Assembly (NCBI GenBank): GCA_964016885.1
Contig: OZ024762.1
Span: 10,726,001-10,790,000, forward strand
DNA from: Eledone cirrhosa
Taxonomy: Eukaryota
Direction of reading: 5' to 3'
DNA: 64,000 bases
This document shows, piece by piece, positions 1-17,269 of the stretch. Below the pieces are notes generated by a model that saw nothing but the letters and a program-made list of their open reading frames with translations, ran no database searches and was not told the origin of the DNA. Each line of letters opens with the position of its first letter. Within the stretch, counting starts at the first letter, position 1. The translations under genes and the position numbers were made by a program.

Positions 1-149
1 GGGTGAAATTGCTCCTGGTCCCCTGCAGCAGGGGGGGGGGGGAGGGGAGAGGCTACCAGTGACGACTGTAGCAATTTATTTGTGCCCTCAGCGGATTTTT
101 TTAGTTTTAGGATGGTTAGAATTTCTAAATTTAATACCTGTATTTATAA

Positions 150-458
150 CTGAGGACGAAGAACTCAGAGCTGTATGGGAGCCTCCCAAAAGTCAGCTCG
201 AAAGTGACACAGAGGAGATTGAAGTTAGCTGGACATGCTCACCGACATGCAGAGTTGACACTACACTTAGTGCTCATGTGGGAGCCCCTGCAGGGTCACA
301 CTGGAAGAGGAAGACCGAGGTTAACATATGTTGATGCCCTAAGGACTGACACTGGCCTCTTGGAGACGCAGGACACGGCAGCGATAATTAGGGACAGAGA
401 CCGCTAGAGAGAACTCGTCCATGGATCTCGGGAATTTTACTCGTCCTAGATAGATAAA
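150..458 (+). mobile_element. RTE-group LINE 3' fragment with (TAGA)n tail
   Basis: [44 protein letters not shown]; further copies at 13665-14025 (-), 26320-26600 (+), 46570-46905 (+). Confidence 0.8.
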
Positions 459-1146
459 CTAACTTTGATATGTAAAATTGGGGGGTTTGCTGTGTATTCT
501 AATATTTTTTAGTATAACCCAACAAACCTGAAGTGCCCCGGGGCCCTCAAGGTCTAAATCAAACCCTGGAGGGTGACGAAATTACGGTGAAAGTCGCTTC
601 TCGAAGTCCATGAAGAAAAATAACTCCATTTTAAAGGGAAATAATTGTTATGAATCATGTAGTTATCTCCCTTGTAATAAAACCCGCGTTTAAATATATC
701 TATAATATTATATATGATTTCTTACGAATGAAAGAGTTCTAGTCCTGTAGAAGTCATTTCGATAAAAAAAATAACAACATATACTTATATTATATTAACT
801 TATTGAGTACTTTTTTTAACAGTCGTCACCTCCCGATATACATCGGGAATTCCATATATATATTTTTGATAGCAGTGGGAATCTAATTACCCACTGCTAT
901 CAAAAATTTCTATCCACTCCCTTAACTATTCTTCTAACTTCACTCCTTCCTCTTAATATTCTCTATAAAAACCAAACAAGTTCTCAATGAGATTATTCTG
1001 ATGAAATGATAGTTGAAAATAACATTGAAATATTGAGTGTCTGCATAATTAATACTTTGTAAATAGCAGCTGTTTTCAGGTTATATAACTGTTATTGAAA
1101 CACGTGTCAATAAATTCCTTTTACTGAACTGTATCCATTTAAATCC

Positions 1147-1183
<37 letters not shown>

Positions 1184-1206
1184 TACATATATATACACAT
1201 ATATAC

Positions 1207-1285
<79 letters not shown>

Positions 1286-1378
1286 CATATATATATACAC
1301 ATATATATACATATATATATACACATATATATACATATATATATACACATATATATACATATATACATGTATATACAC

Positions 1379-1409
<31 letters not shown>

Positions 1410-1427
1410 ATGCTATTAAGACGGCTC

Positions 1428-2615
1428 TGAGCCACATAGGATGTGGCTCCTCATAAAGTGGGCCTCATAGGATGTGGCTCCTCATAAAGTGGGCCTCATA
1501 GGATGTGGCTCCTCATAAAGTGGGCCTCATAGGATGTGGATCCTCATAAAGTGAGCCACATAGGATGTGGCTCCTCATAAAGTGAGCCACATAGGATGTG
1601 GCTCCTCATAAAGTGGGCCTCATAGGATGTGGATCCTCATAAAGTGAGCCACATAGGATGTGGCTCCTCATAAAGTGAGCCACATAGGATGTGGCTCCTC
1701 ATAAAGTGGGCCTCATAGGATGTGGCTCCTCATAAAGTGGGCCTCATAGGATGTGGCTCCTCATAAAGTGGGCCTCATAGGATGTGGCTCCTCATAAAGT
1801 GGGCCTCATAGGATGTGGCTCCTCATAAAGTGGGCCTCATAGGATGTGGCTCCTCATAAAGTGGGCCTCATAGGATGTGGCTCCTCATAAAGTGGGCCTC
1901 ATAGGATGTGGTTCCTCATAAAGTGAGCCACACATGATGTGGCTCCTCATAAAGTGGGCCTCATAAGATGTGGATCCTCATAAAGTGGGCCACAGAGCAT
2001 GTGGCTCCTCATAAAGTGGGCCTCATAGGATGTGGATCCTCATAAAGTGGGCCTCATAAGATGTGGTTCCTCATAAAGTGGGCCTCATAGGATGTGGCTC
2101 CTCATAAAGTGGGCCTCATAAGATGTGGCTCCTCATAAAGTGGGCCACAGAGCATGTGGCTCCTCATAAAGTGGGCCTCATAGGATGTGGCTCCTCATAA
2201 AGTGGGCCTCATAGGATGTGGCTCCTCATAAAGTGGGCCTCATAGGATGTGGCTCCTCATAAAGTGGGCCTCATAGGATGTGGTTCCTCATAAAGTGGGC
2301 CTCATAGGATGTGGCTCCTCATAAAGTGGGCCTCATAGGATGTGGCTCCTCATAAAGTGGGCCTCATAGGATGTGGTTCCTCATAAAGTGGGCCTCATAG
2401 GATGTGGATCCTCATAAAGTGGGCCTCATAGGATGTGGCTCCTCATAAAGTGGGCCTCATAGGATGTGGCTCCTCATAAAGTGGGCCTCATAGGATGTGG
2501 ATCCTCATAAAGTGGGCCTCATAGGATGTGGCTCCTCATAAAGTGGGCCTCATAGGATGTGGATCCTCATAAAGTGAGCCACACATGATGTGGTTCATTA
2601 TGAGCTGGGCCACAC
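1428..2615. repeat. 31-bp minisatellite (GGATGTGGCTCCTCATAAAGTGGGCCTCATA), about 38 copies
   Basis: Direct periodicity (ATGTGG at 1441, 1472, ...). Confidence 0.97.
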
Positions 2616-2717
2616 TACTAAAAAAAAAAAATCCAAGACACTTTTGAAATTCGGCATGCCGTTGAGAAAGCCAAACGGGCCGCATGCTGCTCGCGGGCCG
2701 CAGTTTTCCCAGGACTG
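2616..2717. mobile_element. hAT (Charlie/Buster-like) transposon terminus adjoining the minisatellite
   Basis: GGGCCGCATGCTGCTCGCGGGCCGCAGTTTTCCCAGGACTG followed by TTATAGAC; resembles CAG....G.AAACTGCGGCCCGCG..CATGCGGCCC ends. Confidence 0.6.
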
Positions 2718-2881
2718 TTATAGACTCTATGTATCCTCTGTCTTCTTGGACAATTGTTCATCTCGGGAAAAAATTCTTCTCCAATCTTGAATAATATAAA
2801 TGTTTGATTTGGAAATATTTCTTAAAGGCAATAAATCCATATTAGGCAACAGCAACTATGAGATTATCCTTTACCAGTTAG

Positions 2882-2924
<43 letters not shown>

Positions 2925-4003
2925 CGTGTGTGTGAACAGGCGTGGGCTTGTAAATATCTTGTTCCCAAAGCACCATATGAATAATAAATAAGTTTGCATT
3001 GAAAATAATATTTTCGCAGACTGAACCAAGTTGCGGCTGGAGAATGTTTAATTATTTAATTATTTCAAATATAGGGGGATGGATTGGTAGTATCGGTAGA
3101 GGGTCTGACGCCATGCTTTGCAACAAAGAATTACGGCCCTTGCCATTCTGAGTTCAAATCCCGCCGAGGTTAACTTTGCCTTTCATCCTTACGGGGGTCG
3201 ATAAAATAAAGTAGCAGTAATACACTGGGTAATTTGCTGGCCTTGTGCCCAAAGTAGGAACAATTATTTCAATAATAGAAACCAGCAGAAAACCACCCAT
3301 CGGGTGGTTTTATGCTAGCATGTATAATGTGTATATTGATATTATACGCAAGTATATATGCATGTAGATATCATACATCAAATAAAATCGTAATTGACAA
3401 TATACACAGAAATTGAACGAAGACTGCGTTACACTGTCTTATGTAATCAGTAATGTAATCCATGATACATTAAAAAAAGACGATATTATATATAAACTGC
3501 ATTAAGAGAAAATTAGTGACGGAAATATATGAATGTTTATTTAAGCGATCGCTAACCGGAAGTGTTGACATTTGAACATTTTAAAGAAGTGAATCTTTAA
3601 ATAAATAATAAAATATATTTAATCAACAGCCACGAAATTTACTAGATAAATGATGTAATATTCATTCATTATTTATTCAAATTCCGCCGAGGTTAACTTT
3701 GCTTTTCATCCTTATGTGGTCGATAAAATAAAGTACCAGTAATGCACTGGGTAATTGCTGGCCTTGTGCCAAAAAGTAGAAACAATTATTTATTCAAAGT
3801 AATCCAACTTATTTTACTAATGGGATAAAAAATTATAAACCGTACTCAGACCTGCATACCTTACTTTATTATAGTTTAGATTTCAATCAAATTGTGCTTC
3901 TTTAAGTACCACAAATACGCTTCTTTGAGTTATGCGTCCTTTGCGGCTGCCAAGTTAGCTTCAATGGCAGCAGCGACCCCGATTATTATTAGATAAAAAT
4001 AAC

Positions 4004-4188
4004 TGTTTCTACTTTAGGCACAAGGCCAGCAATTACCCAGTGCATTACTGGTACTTTATTTTATCGACCCCGTAAGGATGAAAGGCAAAGTCAACCTCGG
4101 CGGGATTTGAACTCAGATCGTAAAGGGACGTAACTATGCTGGAAAGCATGGCGTCTGACCCTCTACCGATACTGCCAATCCACCGCCC
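4004..4188 (-). mobile_element. SINE family A, full length
   Basis: TSD TTATTAGATAAAAATAAC at 3986-4003 and 4189-4206. Confidence 0.88.
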
Positions 4189-4407
4189 TTATTAGATAAA
4201 AATAACGACGTGTTTTCTGTAAGATCTTCGATGCGGTTCCAACTATGACTTTCCATTTTTTTTTTCCAATATTCATAGCTAATTCCGAGCCAGCAAATTC
4301 TGACATCTTATCAGAAAATATTCACAACCATTTGTTGGTTGGAAATAAAAATATACACGACAGCCTGTACACACAGATACACACACAAGCAAGCAAACCC
4401 TCTAGCC

Positions 4408-4478
<71 letters not shown>

Positions 4479-4837
4479 AAGCAAACCCACTAAGGCACAC
4501 ACACACACTCAAGTAAACCCACTAACCAAAACACACACAAACGCAAATACACACACACAAGAAAACCCTCTAACCCAAACATACACGCACAAACATACAC
4601 ACATAAACACACACATTCAAGCAGACCCACCAACCTCAACACACACACACACACACACACACATCCTCTGACAAATACAAGGATATTACTATGTACAGAA
4701 TAATATTGATGTTCATACACCATGAAGATAAGTAAATATCTTACACACACACACACACACACACACATACAAACCCACTAAGGCACACAGACACACAAGC
4801 AAACCCACTAACCAAAACACACACACACATAAAAAAA

Positions 4838-4874
<37 letters not shown>

Positions 4875-5075
4875 TCAAGCAGAACCACCAACCTCAACAC
4901 ACACAGATTCTGATCTTGCAATAATTGAGAGGGAACGAAGTAAAATAGAAACCAAGCGTCATGGCGCCATATTTATTATCGGAATTTATGGATATTTGTT
5001 CAATAGAGTAAGAAATCTTTTCATGAACGTATATTGCCGACTACAGCACGTCAATAGCAGTATGTGCCTGTGTGG

Positions 5076-5110
<35 letters not shown>

Positions 5111-5112
<2 letters not shown>

Positions 5113-6105
5113 TCGTCGACGATCACCAAAACACCCAAAATAAATCTCATAGAGGTAGAAATAGCATAGAATCACCACCATACATACACTACCGCAATAG
5201 ACACACTAATAGTCGCACACCACCAAACAGAAGGCGATGTAAAGAGTATATATGGTACAACCCGGTCTATAACAACTCTATTAAAACCAATCTACCATCA
5301 CAATTCTTTCGATTAGTTAAAAAACACTTTCCAACATCACATAAATATAATAAAATCTTAAACCCTAACACTATTCGACTTTCATATTCAACCGCCCCTA
5401 ATATTGAACAACATATAAAAAAGCTTAACGCAAACCGGTTGTATAAACGCCTTCCAACACATAACAATACACGTAAAACATCGGCTATAACATCACAAAA
5501 CAACAAACAACATCCCGTCCTGCCTAAGCAACCTCATCAACCCATTCATGGTAATACAACAACGCATAATTATAACTGTAACTGTGTCCAACCAGGAATG
5601 TGTCCGTTGAACAATCAGTGTCTTGAACGCAACATCATATACAAATGTACTATCGAATCGGGTAGCCAGAAGTGGTACTATGTGGGGTCTATAGCTACCT
5701 CTTTCAAATCTCGCCTTTATAGACATCGTTATTCGATAAAACATGAAAACCAGCGTTATGTAACAACACTCGCAGACAAGGCTTGGCAGCTGCGCGAAAA
5801 TAACCAACAATTTAACCTAAAATGGGATATAATAGTCTGCCCCTGCATATTTCCAAGGACAGGAATTTTGTAAATTGTGTAATATGGTAATATGATTCCA
5901 GTTCCTCAGAGAAATAACAACCTAACCAGGAACTGGACATATCAGAGTATTGACAAAAGTATACACCTCAACAACATATGTACTTGTCTATACCACACTA
6001 ATTCTGACTGCCTGAAGAGGTCACAGCCAAAGATGGCTGTCACTGAAATATATATAGCAGTAATAAACGAAGGTAAATTTTAAACATTTGACTTTTTATT
6101 TAACT
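5111..6105 (+). mobile_element. Penelope-like retroelement, 5'-truncated (linker plus GIY-YIG endonuclease plus pseudo-LTR)
   Basis: Frame open 5112-5873: IWYNPVYNNSIKTNL..FF.LVKKHFP..H...KILNPNTIRLSYS, CNC...CPL...C...NIIYKC...YYVG....FKSR...H. Frameshifted end; hammerhead in the 3' part; flanked by (TA)n. Confidence 0.88.
6007..6061 (+). ncRNA. Minimal type-I hammerhead ribozyme motif (Penelope pLTR)
   Basis: ACTGC-CTGAAGA-GGTCACAGCCA/TGGCTGTCACT-GAAA-TATATA-TA-GCAGT; stems I and II pair; AATAAA follows. Confidence 0.8.
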
Positions 6106-6116
6106 TTATGTATATA

Positions 6117-6163
<47 letters not shown>

Positions 6164-6200
6164 TTATATATATGTATATATATATATATGTATATATATG

Positions 6201-6263
<63 letters not shown>

Positions 6264-6840
6264 GTATGTATATATATACATCCATACATACACACCTACA
6301 ATATTTCGTATTAATACAGATTATAAGAATTTGGTTATTGTATTTATTATCATTATATACACGTACACACATATATACATACCTAGTTACCTACATACAC
6401 ACCTCGTACATACATATATAAAATACATATATACAATACAATACATATATACAATACATACATATATACAATACATATACACAATACAATACATATATAC
6501 AATACATATGCACAAAAATGCTCATGGCGAAAATAAAAGACGTCTAAAAAACTGATAGCATTAAAACGAACCCCACTCGATAGAAACATATAATATTATC
6601 AAAGAATTTCTTATCATCGAACCTTTATCAATATTTATTTAGTAGCCTCAGAGCATCGACCCATGAATTCTTGTCGACTTGTTCAGTTTTCGCCGACATA
6701 AATATATGTATCGGCTGCTCCAACCATTTAATTTTTCCCCTTTTTTCCTTCCTTTGTCAACTGAACTAGTTCTCTAGTCGACATAATCAGCATATAGATT
6801 CACTAACGTCTGCGATATACATGTGTACATATGATATACA

Positions 6841-6882
<42 letters not shown>

Positions 6883-6910
6883 CGATATACATGTGTATAT
6901 ATGATATACA

Positions 6911-6951
<41 letters not shown>

Positions 6952-6978
6952 GATATACATGTGTACATATGATATACA

Positions 6979-7018
<40 letters not shown>

Positions 7019-7046
7019 CGATATACATGTGTATATATGATATACA

Positions 7047-7091
<45 letters not shown>

Positions 7092-7228
7092 GATATACAT
7101 GTGTATATATGATATACATGTGTGTGTGTGTATATATATATACGATATACATGTGTATATATGATATACATGTGTGTGTGTATGTGTGTATATATATATA
7201 CGATATACATGTGTATATATGATATACA

Positions 7229-7265
<37 letters not shown>

Positions 7266-7484
7266 CAACTTGACCATAAGAGTCACCTTGACCATAAGAT
7301 AACGCCATCCCACTGGGCGGGCGGGCAGGTACTCATTTCTACAGCTGAGTAAACTGGAGCAACGTGAAATAAAGTATCTTGCTCAAGGAAACAACACATC
7401 ACCCGGTCCGAGAATTGAACTCACAACCTTTCGATTGCAAGCCCAATGCTCTAACCACTAAGCCACGTGCCTCTCTCTCTCTCA

Positions 7485-9600
<2,116 letters not shown>

Positions 9601-10192
9601 TGGTGGCTGCCAACTCGTTTTCGAGTACGGCCACTACTTTATATCCATGTAGGAGAACCCCTACCGATGCGCTGAACGAGTGTGACTTTTTAGTCCAGCC
9701 AGCGACTTGAAAACTCTGGTACAAACACTACACTTGTGACAATTACTGACACATAGTGCTGGGCCCATGGTACCACGTGACGACAAGTGCAGAGAGATCT
9801 CCAGATATAAAGCAATGCCTGTGCCGTGAAGCTTTTATAGTGAGCAAAGGCACTGCACAAAGCCAGTCCCACTCTCTTAACCAAGATGATATTTACCAAA
9901 AAGAAGAACAAGTCAACATCATTGGATACCATCAGGGTTGCAGGTGTTATATCAGAGTTTTCCTTCTCCTAGAATTCTGCCTTGACAAAGGCTAAGGGGT
10001 CATCTCTCCCGGTGATTTTGGAAGAGCTCCTTTGCCCTTTGACAGGTTTTGTTTTTAGTCCTGCAGGATGTCCAAAGTCACCCTCCTCACCAAGAAACCT
10101 TGGTGGGGTTGCCAGTTTAGTCGCCAACGACCCGACCATGGGACAGGTTGTACTGGGATACATGTTACCAGTAGCACCAACTGGTGACCTGA

Positions 10193-11745
<1,553 letters not shown>

Positions 11746-12004
11746 ATGGCTTGGCAAGATATTTAGAACGCTGGTTTGAGACCTTTATTTCCCTCTGAAG
11801 AAGAGATATCTCGAAAATTAAGGACATTTAAATAAATCTAAGGTAAAGGACGAATTGTCAACAATACCTTTTACAATTGCATTCTTTTTTCTATGTCCAT
11901 ACCTGCATTGTTTTGGCTTTATTACACATATTCAAACGTTTATACCTCATTACACAATGCTTCAAGTGAACTATAACCTCCTCCATATATATATATATAT
12001 ATAT

Positions 12005-12117
12005 ATATAGATGAGATTCTACAGGACTAGAACTGTTTCATTCTTTAGAAATCATCAGGATTCCTGATGATTTCTAAAGAATGAAACAGTTCTAGTCCTG
12101 TAGAATCTCATCTATAT
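12005..12117. repeat. Perfect palindrome, 56-bp arms, 1-nt centre (inverted pLTR fold-back)
   Basis: Base-by-base symmetry about position 12061. Confidence 0.95.
12058..12108 (+). ncRNA. Type-I hammerhead motif with U.U at the base of stem II, within a perfect palindrome
   Basis: GGATTC-CTGATGA-T-TTC(TAAA)GAA-T-GAAA-CAG(TTCTAGTC)CTG-TA-GAATCT; degenerate relatives at about 715-755 (+) and 61862-61910 (-). Confidence 0.6.
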
Positions 12118-12190
12118 TAAAACTTTTATACTCTGCAATGTATTGAGTACCTTACTTACTGTGGTTACCTCCGATTCAACCTGGAATAAC

Positions 12191-12232
<42 letters not shown>

Positions 12233-12614
12233 CATACACATACACACAGTCATATATAAATATTCCTCTTATATATATGGAGTGTTTGGCTGCAAATCCT
12301 TGCTACAATATAAAAGTTAACCTCCAGCAACTTTATAAACATGAGATATCAAAATGGCGACTCAAAATGTTCAATCATTTCTTTCCGTTGCCTTATGGAT
12401 TTCAGCGAAATGTTCTAACAGACTAACACAGGAGAGCGGAAATATAGATATATCGAAATCTCCAAATGAGATGTACTGAGTAAAGGATAGAAATATCAAA
12501 GGGAAAAAAAAACAACACATTAGTTTAGTTATATGACCAGTCATGTCCATGGGAATCTAGACATACACACGCGCTTATGTATCTATGAATATATATATAT
12601 ATCCATATATACGA

Positions 12615-12626
12615 GCTCGCGCGCGC

Positions 12627-12657
<31 letters not shown>

Positions 12658-13502
12658 TGTGTGTGTGTGTGTATGCGCGTGTGTGCGCGTGTGCGTGTGC
12701 GTGTGCGTGTGCGCGTGTGTGTGCGCGTGTGTGCGTGTGCGTGTGCGTGTGCGTGTGTGTGTGTGTTAAACAGAAATAACAATACAATCGGTACAGTATA
12801 TGCGAGGGGTATATTAGGTTAACGCTTGATATAGCAGGAAGAGGGTCTTAACGTTTCATATATGTATATACATATATGCCCACATACACACGCGTATATA
12901 CATATATATGTATATATATATGTATGTATGTATATATATATACATATATATGTATATATATATATATATATGTATATATACCTATATGTATATATATACC
13001 TATATGTATGTATATACCTATATGTATGTATATACCTATATGTATGTATATATATATACATACATATATGTATATACATATACATACATATATGTATATA
13101 CATACATATATGTATATACATATGCATACATGTATATACATATGCATCCACATATATATACATATATATATATACATATATATATATGTATACATATGTA
13201 TATATATGTATATACATGTATATGTATGTATATACATGTATATGTATATATATGTATATACATATATGTATATATATGTATATACATATATGTATGTATA
13301 TACATGTATATGTATATATATGTATATACATATATGTATATATATGTATATACATATATGTATGTATATGTATATACATATATGTATGTATATGTATATA
13401 TATATATATATATACATATATGTATGTATATGTATATACATATATGTATGTATATGTATATATATATATATACATATATGTATGTATATACATATATGTA
13501 TG

Positions 13503-13541
<39 letters not shown>

Positions 13542-13672
13542 ATATATACATATATGTATGTATATGTCTATACATATATGTATGTAAATACATACATATA
13601 TGTATGTATATGTATATACACATATGTATATACATATATGTATGTATATACACATATGTATATATATATCTA
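12615..13672. repeat. (GCGT)n/(GT)n alternating purine-pyrimidine tract (12615-12766) and (TA/TG)n array (12858-13672)
   Basis: Seen directly. Confidence 0.9.
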
Positions 13673-14025
13673 TCTATATTTAGGCCGGGTAACATTCCCG
13701 AGACCCATGGACGAGTTCTCTCCAGCAGTCTCTGTCCCTCATTATCGCTGCCATGTCCTGCATCTCCAACAGACCAGTGTCTGTCCTTAGGGCATCAACA
13801 TATGTCAACCTCAGTCTCCCTCTTCTAGTGTGTCCATGTAGGGGCTCGCACAGGACCACTGAGTGCAGTGTCAACTCTGGATGTCGGTGATCATGTCCAG
13901 CTAACCTCAGTCTCCTCTGTGTCACTTTTGAGCTGGCATTTGGGAGGCTCCCGTACAGTTCAGAGTTCATCCTCAGTGTATACTGATTAATGTTCAGAGC
14001 CATTCTCAGCAGTCTCGTGTAGCTC
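13665..14025 (-). mobile_element. RTE-group LINE 3' fragment
   Basis: YTRLLRMALNINQY...ELYGSLP.ASSKVTQRRLRLAGH.HRHPEL...[13 protein letters not shown]. Confidence 0.8.
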
Positions 14026-14379
14026 AAAAACTGTCGGCCTTGAGCCTTAATCAGAAACCATTGCCTTTCATCCTTACGGGGTCGATGAAATAAAGCACCA
14101 ATAATTGTTTTTACTTTTTGGCACAAGGCCAGCAATTACCCAGTACGTTACTGGTACTTTAAGGATGAAAGGTAAAGTTAACCTCGGCGGGAATTTGAAC
14201 TCAGAATGGCAAGGACCGTAACTCTATGCGTCAAAGCATGGCGTCCGACCCTCTATCGATACTACCAATCCACCGCCCTGAGTACCAGTAATACACTGGG
14301 ATAATTGCTGGCCTTGTGCCAAAAGTAGAAACAATTATTATACTGCGATTAAAAGACGTTTTCCATCTTTGTTGCTTTT

Positions 14380-14514
14380 GACTTGTCTCTGATTTTCACG
14401 TGTGTGTCCTGACATATCCCAGAGTATCGTTGCTTTGTCATTCTCTGACATTTTGTCTGGTGTGTGTGTGTGTAAGTAAGACCCCGACCTGGTTCCTTAC
14501 CACATTTCCTTCGT

Positions 14515-14545
<31 letters not shown>

Positions 14546-14710
14546 TCTTTTTTATTTTTCTGTTGGTATTTTGTAGTGTTGGCATAACTTCCAGTGTAAA
14601 TAAATCCCAACACTATGTCTGAGAATATATTCATTTTTGGCTAAGACTGTGCAGCCAGAGACAATTGGGTTAATTGTTACTTCTCCATCTGCACACATTC
14701 TGCAGTTACT
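14380..14710 (-). mobile_element. R4/Dong-like non-LTR fragment (CCHC knuckle and RLE region) next to an (ATT/ATC)n microsatellite
   Basis: CRMC....TIN.IVSGC.VLAKNEY..RH..GIYLHWKLCQHY and ENDKATILWDM. Confidence 0.7.
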
Positions 14711-16077
14711 TATTATTATTATCATTATTATCATTATCATCATTATCATCATCATCATTATCATTATTACTATTATTATTTGCATTGTGCAATGCAGAAA
14801 AAAAATTCAAACGGTTTTCTAATCAAATATCCATTCTATATTTATTTCCCTTGTGACATTCCCTTTTAATTTAGACACCATATTGTATGAACAGTAGTAG
14901 TAATAGTAGTCGTAGTAGTAGTAATAGTAGTAGTAGTAGTAGTAGTAGTAGTGATAGTGTCAAACATAAATATATTCAGACCAGCATTCGTAGAAGTGTT
15001 CTTCTTTCTTGACAACGTGAATTCAATTATTCCATTTAAGGATTTTCTTTCGTATGTTCTTTTTTAAAGATTTCTTCATTTCGTTTTCTTTGTTTAGTTT
15101 TCAGTTCTCAATATAATTCTAGAATTTCTATATAGTTATAAAGAGGCGTGGCTTGCTGGTTAGATCTTTGGAGTTATGTAAAGCCGTCTGTCTGGTTTAG
15201 TGGTTAGAGAATTGGATTCGCAATCGTGGGATTGCGAGTTCGATTCCCGGGCCAGATGATGCGCCCGCTTTTACAAGTTCCACCGCAATCGTTACGCAAA
15301 TGGGGTCTGGCACCCTGTCATTCGACTGTTGATAATCAGGGAAGGATTATACTTGCATAGAGGGACCCTAGCAAAAATAAAAATGTCATCGGAGGGAGCC
15401 TTTTAAATATTGTGAGTCCCAGCTACAGTCTAAACAGCCACACCCCACTTGATCCGACATTACTCTGAAGCACAGGAAAAAACCTTTTCTGTGAAAATAC
15501 AATAGTATATCTTGAGTAATATAAATGTTATGTGAGATATTATGTGAGGTAAAGCCTTTACTGTGAAAATACAATAGTATATATAGAGTAATGTAAATGT
15601 TATGTGAGATATTATGTGAGGTAAAGCCTTTACTGTGAAAATACAATAGTAGATATAGAGTAATGTAAATGTTATCTGAGATATTATACACTTTTCATGT
15701 CAATCCAACTGCGAATCCAACCAAAACGGGTTGTTGCTGAAATTCAAATAACAAGCTTTCTCACACATTGTGTCCTGCTGAATTAGTCGAGAATTGACGT
15801 TCAGGCGACACATTTCTGTGGTATGCTTAGTCACTTACACGTTAATTACACGAGCGTTCAATGTTGAATGTTGAAACCGCAGAATTATGATAGTGTTCAC
15901 CGACAGAGGAGGAAGATATTGATAACAACATATTCATAGCTACTTTGTCCACCACAAATTACAACTGGCCATCTTCATTTGGTGCTGTCATATACTTAAA
16001 ACTGCAAGCGAAATTCTAAAGAATATTATTTTCTATAGATTGCATTATTAAGTTGGGATAATGATGCAATATATTTC

Positions 16078-16720
16078 CTATATCTCTTTACAACATTCGC
16101 CCATCAACCACAACACCACTACACTACACCACATCACACCACCACACCACCACTACACCACACTACACCACACTACACTACACCACACCACACCTCACTA
16201 CACCACACCTCACTACACCACACCACACCACACCACTACACTACACTACACCACATCACACCACACTACACTACACCACCATCACTACACTACACTACCA
16301 CCACTACACCACACCACAATTACACCACTATACCACACCACACCACACAACCCAACTACATCATCTTCTCTATATCTCTTTACAACATTCGCCCATCAAC
16401 CACAACACCACTACACTACACCACATCACACCACCACTACACCACACTACACCACACCACACCACACTACACCACACCTCACTACACCACAACTACACCA
16501 CACCACACAACTACACCACACCACACCACTACACTACACCACATCACATCACACCACACTACACTACACCACCATCACTACACTACACCACACTACCACC
16601 ACTACACCACACCACAATTACACCACTATACCACACCACAACTACACCACACCACACCACACCACACCACACCACCCAACTACATCATCTCTATATCTCT
16701 TTACAACATTCGCCCATCAA
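16078..16720. repeat. (CACCA/CACTA)n blocks punctuated by a thrice-repeated 30-bp unique anchor
   Basis: CTATATCTCTTTACAACATTCGCCCATCAA at about 16078, 16370 and 16690. Confidence 0.85.
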
Positions 16721-17269
16721 ACGTGTTACAATTCCACACTGACAGAGATCCCAGTTATTGTAGGAGGTTCTGGTTATACCATTTGTCTCACGGGTGTAAG
16801 ATTGCGAGTTAAATATCTGGCGATGCTGTTTTTGTTGTTGTTCTTGTATTTTTTGGACGGATAAAAGAACAACAACAAAACAAAACAACAAAGCAAAACA
16901 AAACAAAGATTACCAGGTAACTTTTACTTTTCGTTACCTCATCTTACAGTCCATTTTGCATTGTTCAGCCTTCTATCTCTTTCAACGTTATATCTCCTTA
17001 TAATATATAACCAGCAATTTCTCTGTCTGTCCAACGCGTAGAGAGAGAGAGAGTGAGAGTGAAAGAAAGAGACAGACTACAAGAGGGGGATAGCGGGAGG
17101 GAGAGAGAGAGAGAGAGAGACGCTGGAAGAGGGGAAGGAAAGCTATGTCTTGCTGTCTGCATTACGATACACATATATATATATATAAACACACACACTG
17201 AGCGCGTCATAATGACGTAATGCAGACAGCCAGACATACAGACAGATATTATAAGGGCGCAACGTTATA

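Noticed and set aside
980-1050. Further CTGATGA...GAAA candidates (also about 21330-21375(-), 21850-21890 and 34040-34075(-))
   Set aside because: Core or stem I/III broken; probably decayed pLTR ribozymes but not supportable as intact motifs
1428-2615. CRISPR-like appearance of regular 31-bp repeats (also 24.5-25.6 kb and the 61-bp arrays)
   Set aside because: Head-to-tail repeats without unique spacers, no cas genes, eukaryotic context
3520-3980. CCGGAAGTG ETS motif and a minus-strand donor-like site suggesting a gene start
   Set aside because: No coding exon or second line of evidence within the window
16061-16906. His/Thr-rich 267-aa ORF and opposite-strand 71-aa ORF
   Set aside because: Pentanucleotide repeat; the flanks give no recognisable protein or consistent exon
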